A stretch of 64,000 nucleotides of DNA from a virus: IMG/VR virus record IMGVR_UViG_3300044678_002717, positions 1-64,000 of that record. One strand, given 5' to 3'. Of this stretch, positions 58,963 to 64,000 are shown piece by piece. The position numbers were made by a program, and so were the translations under genes. Under the pieces are notes generated by a model, which searched no databases, was not told where the DNA came from, and saw only the letters and a list, made by a program, of their open reading frames with translations. Within the stretch, counting starts at the first letter, position 1, and each line of letters starts with the position of its first letter.

Positions 58963-59066
58963 AATGTTACAAAGGTAAGTAAAAGATTTTAATTTTCCAA
59001 ATTTATTTTAAAAAAAAGGCAACCATTTCTGATTGCCTTATTCTTAAAGTCTACTTTTATTTTAGA

Positions 59067-59468
59067 TTAAAGTTCGTTTGGGGCTGCTTCTTTAACAATC
59101 ACACGAAGAACCGAAGCATTGAGGCGAGAGCCTTCTCTGTTCACCGCATCAATCACGATTGAGAATGCGATGTTTGAGAACCTTTTCTTTCCCGAAAGGA
59201 TTGCATTGGCAATAGCACCATTAACCAACTTATCCTTACGAAGCGGAAAATCGGAGTGAGGGAACGAAATTTGCGCTTTGCCATCATTGGCTTGTGCGTA
59301 ATCAATCGCAGCCTTCATCTTGTCGAACACGGCTTGTACTGCCGGACTTAGGGTTTTTCCACCCCTTGCTGAACGGATGTTTTCATCAAAAGATTGAACT
59401 TCGATGTTTGCAACTTGTGCGGTAACCTCTCCCGATTCCTGCACATTAGACTTAGATTTGTTTGACAT
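59067..59468 (-). CDS. Early hypothetical protein (MSNKSK...)
   Basis: Cassette with promoter and terminator. Confidence 0.6.
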   Translation of the reverse strand: MSNKSKSNVQESGEVTAQVANIEVQSFDENIRSARGGKTLSPAVQAVFDKMKAAIDYAQANDGKAQISFPHSDFPLRKDKLVNGAIANAILSGKKRFSNIAFSIVIDAVNREGSRLNASVLRVIVKEAAPNEL

Positions 59469-59543
59469 AATCTTTATTGTTTTTGTTTGATGATGCAAAG
59501 GTATGTAATTGAAATGACTTTTGCAAATTTTTTTTCAACTTTT

Positions 59544-59816
59544 TTAATTCATGCAAATTTGATTCATTTTGGTTGCCCAAAACTTGGCAACAAATTCCCA
59601 AACCATATCCGCATAATAAGGAGTACCATTGTCGCAAAGGAAATAGTAAATATCATTTTCAGTAAACAGATTGAAATTATCTGTAATGTATTCTCTGATT
59701 ACTTCTTTGGTATTCCAATCCATAAAGGCAATGGATAAAATGTTTTGAGCATTGTCATAATTGACTTCGATGATTCCACCGATTACATACTCTCCAATTC
59801 TGAATGTCTTTTTCAT
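59544..59816 (-). CDS. Early hypothetical protein (MKKTFRIGEY...)
   Basis: Cassette. Confidence 0.55.
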   Translation of the reverse strand: MKKTFRIGEYVIGGIIEVNYDNAQNILSIAFMDWNTKEVIREYITDNFNLFTENDIYYFLCDNGTPYYADMVWEFVAKFWATKMNQICMN

Positions 59817-59945
59817 ATCATTTGTTTTTGATAAGACAAAGGTATGTAATTGAAATGACTTTTCCAAATTACAATGAAAAATAAATGAAATATTTTTTTT
59901 TAAAATAAATTTGGAAATATCGAATCTTTCACTTACTTTTGTATT

Positions 59946-60019
59946 GCATTACAGATGATGGTGTAGAAGCCCGATGCAAGGGAAGGTTCATCGCCTGTAA
60001 CTTGTCCTTACTTTTTTTT
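59946..60019 (+). ncRNA. Unassigned structured small RNA, copy E (inverted)
   Basis: TACTTTTG box, then GCATTACAGATGATGGTGTAGAAGCCCGATGCAAGGGAAGGTTCATCGCCTGTAACTTGTCCTTAC and a T run. Confidence 0.7.
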
Positions 60020-60086
60020 AGTGCAATGCAAAAAAAATTCCCGACACTTTTTTGTCGGGAATCCTAAATTTTGTCGGGAATGATTT

Positions 60087-60371
60087 TTAAATCATCCTCA
60101 AGAAATCCGATGGATTCCAATGACCATTCTCTTTTTTGAAAGTCTCAAGCATCTTCTTGCAGGTTTCGTGGCTATCCTGATTGCGAAGGTCATGGCGATA
60201 GTCATCAGAACCCACAAACTCAATCCATTTCAAACATAGCTTTGTGAAGGACTGCTGCAAAGTGCGATGGTCTTTGCCCATTTCGGTAATAAAACCCTGA
60301 TGGTCAGAAGAAAATGAATTTACGAAGTTTGACATTTCGTTTGCGAGGTGTTTTGCTTTATTGTTTTCCAT
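60087..60371 (-). CDS. Early hypothetical protein
   Basis: HRTLQQSF motif; cassette. Confidence 0.55.
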   Translation of the reverse strand: MENNKAKHLANEMSNFVNSFSSDHQGFITEMGKDHRTLQQSFTKLCLKWIEFVGSDDYRHDLRNQDSHETCKKMLETFKKENGHWNPSDFLRMI

Positions 60372-60469
60372 ACTTGTTATTGTTTGATGATACAAATGTA
60401 AATAAAAGATTTTAATTTTGCAAATTTATTTTAAAAAAAATGGGAGGAACAATGTCCTCCCAAACAATG

Positions 60470-60772
60470 TTAAGCATTTAAAAGTGCAAGAACTTCTGTT
60501 TTACCTTGCAAACAACTTTCTTCATTAAATCCTCCAATATGCCATTCAATCTTTTCATTCATTTCCAATGGTCTGTATTCTTTCCAATCATAAATTGTAA
60601 ACACATCACCACTTTCGGTTTCTAAAGTAAAATCAAAATTTGATTTATCACTCCCATCATTATGAGAATAAAAAGAATTTGGGAAAAGGTCAATAAGTTG
60701 TTGAGGTGTTGCTTTAAATACAACACTATAAAAACTTGTACCACCTGCTGATTTTTCTGTGTGTTTTGCCAT
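60470..60772 (-). CDS. Early hypothetical protein
   Basis: 100 aa; FTIYDWK...WHIGG. Confidence 0.6.
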   Translation of the reverse strand: MAKHTEKSAGGTSFYSVVFKATPQQLIDLFPNSFYSHNDGSDKSNFDFTLETESGDVFTIYDWKEYRPLEMNEKIEWHIGGFNEESCLQGKTEVLALLNA

Positions 60773-60835
60773 TTGTTTTTTGATTTTGATTACGATACAA
60801 ATGTAATATGAATTTTTGACTTTTGCAAATTTATT

Positions 60836-61048
60836 TTAAATAAATAAACTAAGTTCTTGTAACTCACCAACATTACCTTCCAAGTGCATACACATTAATG
60901 CATCATCCATTGTAGCATTTTCGTATTTGAAAGATGATTCTGCCAAATCTACTTTAAGGAAATTCTTAAAAGTATCATCCCAAGAATTGTATAAAAACAA
61001 ATCATTGGTGTGTGTGTAAAAACCAATTACTTTAATTTCTTTTTTCAT
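60836..61048 (-). CDS. Early hypothetical protein
   Basis: Cassette. Confidence 0.5.
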   Translation of the reverse strand: MKKEIKVIGFYTHTNDLFLYNSWDDTFKNFLKVDLAESSFKYENATMDDALMCMHLEGNVGELQELSLFI

Positions 61049-61175
61049 TTTGTTTTGATTTTGATTACGATACAAATGTAATATAAGTTTTTGACATTTC
61101 CAAATATATTTTAAAAAAAATCCCTCCGAATATCAGAGGGAATTTAAAACTAATATATTATGTTGATTATCATCT

Positions 61176-61469
61176 TTAATCGCCAAAATAATTTAGGCGA
61201 AAATGTTTTTCATCACCAATAGTTTTGGAAATAAAGTTTACTTCCTTGCCATATTGATTTGTTCCTTTATATGCAATGAGCCAATTAAAAGAATGTTCTT
61301 TTAGTTCTTCATCAATTAGTTTTCTCACTTGACCTGCAATTTCAATAGGGAATACAAGTTCTGTAATTCTTTTTCCTTGCACAAGATTGTTTTTAATTGA
61401 ATCCATTGCAATTTTAAAATGATGCTGAATCATTAAATCTTCTGCTGATTTGTTAAATTTTAAGTCCAT
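61176..61469 (-). CDS. Early hypothetical protein
   Basis: 97 aa. Confidence 0.55.
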   Translation of the reverse strand: MDLKFNKSAEDLMIQHHFKIAMDSIKNNLVQGKRITELVFPIEIAGQVRKLIDEELKEHSFNWLIAYKGTNQYGKEVNFISKTIGDEKHFRLNYFGD

Positions 61470-61474
61470 AGTTT

Positions 61475-61642
61475 TTATTTTTGTTTTAATTCTTTTTCAA
61501 TCCATTCAATGATTGTTATCATATCATCAAAAGATTCTCTACCTTCTTCTGTTGTACAATCCCAAGTACCATTCAATCCTTCATTGCAACTCATTTTGAG
61601 TACGGCAAGTAAGTCAAAAACTTTTTTCATATTATTTTCCAT
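61475..61642 (-). CDS. Early hypothetical protein
   Basis: Start moved downstream of the promoter. Confidence 0.5.
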   Translation of the reverse strand: MENNMKKVFDLLAVLKMSCNEGLNGTWDCTTEEGRESFDDMITIIEWIEKELKQK

Positions 61643-61777
61643 ATTTTTTTGTTGTTTGATTATGATACAAATGTAAGTGAAAGTTTTGAGATTTCCAAAT
61701 TTATTTTCAAAAAAAATCCCTCTGAATTTCAAAGGGATTTTACCTAAATAATCAATGAAAAAAACAACAATTAAACA

Positions 61778-62035
61778 CTATATCTTTCCAATGTTTTCAA
61801 GTACATAGTCTTGAACAAAGTCATCAACTTGATTCTTAATGTCATCATCTTCCAATATAGATTCATCACCATTAACAACTTCCCAATTTATTTCGGTAAA
61901 ACCAAAATTGGGTTCATCATCATACTTGACATTGAGTTCCAAATCATACTCATTACCATCTTTTTCAATGGTTAGGTCAAGACCAATTACAACCAATGTG
62001 CTAATCACATCTTTGTTTGTTACTTTAATATTCAT
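61778..62035 (-). CDS. Acidic early protein
   Basis: 85 aa, D/E-rich. Confidence 0.55.
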   Translation of the reverse strand: MNIKVTNKDVISTLVVIGLDLTIEKDGNEYDLELNVKYDDEPNFGFTEINWEVVNGDESILEDDDIKNQVDDFVQDYVLENIGKI

Positions 62036-62088
62036 TTTGTTTTTTGATTATGATGCAAAGGTAAAAAGAATTTCTGACATTACCAAAT

Positions 62089-62274
62089 TTATTTTACTGA
62101 TATTTCTAATACTTCTTGAAATGATGTTTCACAATCAAAGCAATCAAATTGCCCATACAATTCATTATCGAATTGACCAAGTGTTAATAAATCTTCGTTA
62201 ATTGCTAATGGTTGGTAGTCAGTCATCCTGACATTTGTGCTACCACAAGACTTGCAATGAATTTTCTTTTCCAT
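62089..62274 (-). CDS. Zn-ribbon small protein
   Basis: CKSCGS...CFDC. Confidence 0.55.
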   Translation of the reverse strand: MEKKIHCKSCGSTNVRMTDYQPLAINEDLLTLGQFDNELYGQFDCFDCETSFQEVLEISVK

Positions 62275-62286
62275 TTTTAATTAAAT

Positions 62287-62502
62287 TTAAGAACCACTAC
62301 TCATTAAAGCTGAATTGATTCTATTTGAATCAGCATTGTTTCTTTTCTTTCTTGCTTCTTCAATATGGTCTTTACAACCACCAATGAAAACTGAATTAAT
62401 AGCATCAGCAAAAGCAGGTGTATAGACAAAATACTTCTCAATGTCTTCTGACTTGCAGACACAACATTGAACAACATTACCATAATAATTTGTTACTTTC
62501 AT
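62287..62502 (-). CDS. Zn-finger-like small protein
   Basis: CCVC...CKDH. Confidence 0.5.
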   Translation of the reverse strand: MKVTNYYGNVVQCCVCKSEDIEKYFVYTPAFADAINSVFIGGCKDHIEEARKKRNNADSNRINSALMSSGS

Positions 62503-62555
62503 TTTGTTGTTTGATTACAATACAAATGTAAAACGAATTATTGACTTTTCCAAAT

Positions 62556-62876
62556 TTATTTTACTAATTCATTTAAAATAATATCTTGAATTTCAAATTC
62601 GGTTTCATCATCAGTATCAATGCAGTTCTTTACAAAACCTTCTTGAACTAATTTATCTACAATCCTAATGGCAATATCTCTGCAATCATCAAGAAACTTT
62701 TGTGCTTCTTTTTCAGTAGCGAAATACTTTCTATTAGGTGTATGTAATTCAAAACTTACATCATCCCAACAAGAACAAACTATTTCACCATTGTCAATGG
62801 TATAATAATCATCACCTTCATCAATCCACAAACCTTTTCTTCCATAAAAGGAAGGGATAAAACCTTGCTTCTCCAT
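62556..62876 (-). CDS. Early hypothetical protein
   Basis: 106 aa. Confidence 0.55.
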   Translation of the reverse strand: MEKQGFIPSFYGRKGLWIDEGDDYYTIDNGEIVCSCWDDVSFELHTPNRKYFATEKEAQKFLDDCRDIAIRIVDKLVQEGFVKNCIDTDDETEFEIQDIILNELVK

Positions 62877-62878
62877 TT

Positions 62879-63070
62879 TTATTTTAAATAAGGTGATGAA
62901 TCTGATGCTACATTTAGTATTTGGTCTACACCTTGCTCTGCAACAAGTTCTTCAAGCATTGGCTTGGTGTATGTTTTGTAAACTAAATCTTCTGCTTCAG
63001 AAGGCGAGTTAGCTTCAATAAGCACTTCAGCGTGATAAGTTCCGGTTATCCAAACTCTGTAAGTTTCCAT
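62879..63070 (-). CDS. Early hypothetical protein
   Basis: 63 aa; IEANSPSEAE motif. Confidence 0.55.
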   Translation of the reverse strand: METYRVWITGTYHAEVLIEANSPSEAEDLVYKTYTKPMLEELVAEQGVDQILNVASDSSPYLK

Positions 63071-63171
63071 ATTTTTTGTTGTTTTGATTACGATACAAAT
63101 GTAAAACGAATTTCTGACTTTTCCAAATTTATTTTAAAAAAAATGGGGGAACTTAATCCCCCAAATTTAAT

Positions 63172-63600
63172 TTAATTTTCTGATTCTTCTTTCAAAGCCT
63201 CTTGATACATTTCTTCGGTTTTGTCATTGTGTTCTATAATAGAAATGATTTCATCTTGAATTTCATCGAAGTATTCTTCAATTTGATTTTCCACATATCC
63301 CTTTAAGGAACAAGCATCAACTTCATACGAATCAACTTCAATGGTATTTCCATATCGAATTTCAAATTCAAATTCGTTTATATCAAACATATCCGAATCA
63401 TTGAAATCTACATTGCGAATTGTTTTAAGAATACCATCTTTGATTTTGTTTAACCATTCCTTTGATGGATAACCTGCTTTGGTTTCTTCAACCTTTGGCT
63501 TTTCTTCAACCACCATATTAAGGCAGTTGATTACATCATCTTTGGTAAAAAGGCTACCAAGTGAATTTTGAACTTGAGAAATTACTTCTTGTTTTTTCAT
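63172..63600 (-). CDS. Acidic early protein
   Basis: 142 aa; promoter and terminator. Confidence 0.6.
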   Translation of the reverse strand: MKKQEVISQVQNSLGSLFTKDDVINCLNMVVEEKPKVEETKAGYPSKEWLNKIKDGILKTIRNVDFNDSDMFDINEFEFEIRYGNTIEVDSYEVDACSLKGYVENQIEEYFDEIQDEIISIIEHNDKTEEMYQEALKEESEN

Positions 63601-63661
63601 TTTGTTTTTTGTTTTAATGATTATAGGACAAATGTAAGTGAAAGTTTTGAAACTACCAAAT

Positions 63662-63985
63662 TTATTTTAAATAATCTGCAATAAATGAAAGTTCATTTAC
63701 GCTTAGTACATAACAACTAAAGAAGCCACTTTCACCAAAGTTTTCACCAAGTGCTTTGCCGTGAAAATGAATACTTTCACCAATTCTTTCAACTGCAACA
63801 ATAGAATAACGAACAATTTCATCATATCTATTTTCACAACTTACTTGTGGTAATTCGGTAAGAAGCCAATCATCTTCACAATTTTCTTCTGAAATTAATT
63901 CAATTTTTTCACCATCCTTTAATTTAGTAAGGATGTAGTCTTTGATTTCTTGCTCAAGAGCAATAACTTTTTCTGAGAAATTCAT
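63662..63985 (-). CDS. Early hypothetical protein
   Basis: 107 aa; stop within the next promoter. Confidence 0.55.
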   Translation of the reverse strand: MNFSEKVIALEQEIKDYILTKLKDGEKIELISEENCEDDWLLTELPQVSCENRYDEIVRYSIVAVERIGESIHFHGKALGENFGESGFFSCYVLSVNELSFIADYLK

Positions 63986-64000
63986 TTTATTTTTGTTTTA

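Larger units (their letters stand above)
49954..63670 (-). promoter_or_regulatory. About 33 dispersed early promoters, consensus AAAATAAATTTG-N~20-TAnnTTTG (Bacteroidota -33/-7 type)
   Basis: Plus-strand CAAATGTA/CAAAGGTA...CCAAATTTATTTT recurs before almost every ORF, e.g. near 49981, 52150, 53403, 55998, 58780, 61696, 63656. Confidence 0.85.

Noticed and set aside
51338-60019. Small RNAs as hammerhead, hairpin or twister ribozymes, or as tRNAs
   Set aside because: AGAA/GUC, AAGCCC and T-loop-like GGTTCATC fragments are present, but I could not build the required helices or a cloverleaf by eye; this needs cmscan and a cleavage assay.
49954-63985. CRISPR array or integron attC interpretation of the repeats
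   Set aside because: The repeats are degenerate promoters separated by whole ORFs of variable length; there are no constant-length spacers, cas genes or integrase in the window.
1-64000. Stop-codon reassignment as in some large Bacteroidota phages
   Set aside because: Core genes are full length under code 11, TAG and TGA end some genes, and there is no suppressor tRNA in the window.

Overview
AT-rich fragment of a large tailed (T4-like, probably jumbo) bacteriophage genome read with the standard genetic code. Dozens of TTTG-N~20-TAnnTTTG promoters point to a Bacteroidota host. 1-26.5 kb: virion module with baseplate/tail proteins, gp13/gp14-like neck proteins and a minus-strand terminase-portal-protease-scaffold-major capsid cluster; many of these genes follow an ACTATTTA(T/C/A)A motif, a probable late promoter. 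26.5-49.8 kb: mixed region with IMPDH/GMPR, family B DNA polymerase, ThyX, MazG-like, a GT2 plus LpxH/PlcP-like pair, two M15 peptidases, thioredoxin, a class II aaRS-like catalytic domain, two homing-type endonucleases, two tRNAs (the Arg tRNA carries a 26-nt anticodon-loop insertion) and unrelated proteins sharing an MKKVRITESQL leader. A G-tract element at about 49.9 kb marks the border to 50-64 kb, an array of more than 30 promoter-plus-small-ORF cassettes typical of an early/host-takeover region. The most novel-looking signal lies in this array: five dispersed copies of a ~70-nt structured, apparently non-coding RNA, each with its own promoter, a variable 16-18 nt 5' end and a conserved covarying core. 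All protein calls come from motif recognition by eye; no database search was run.
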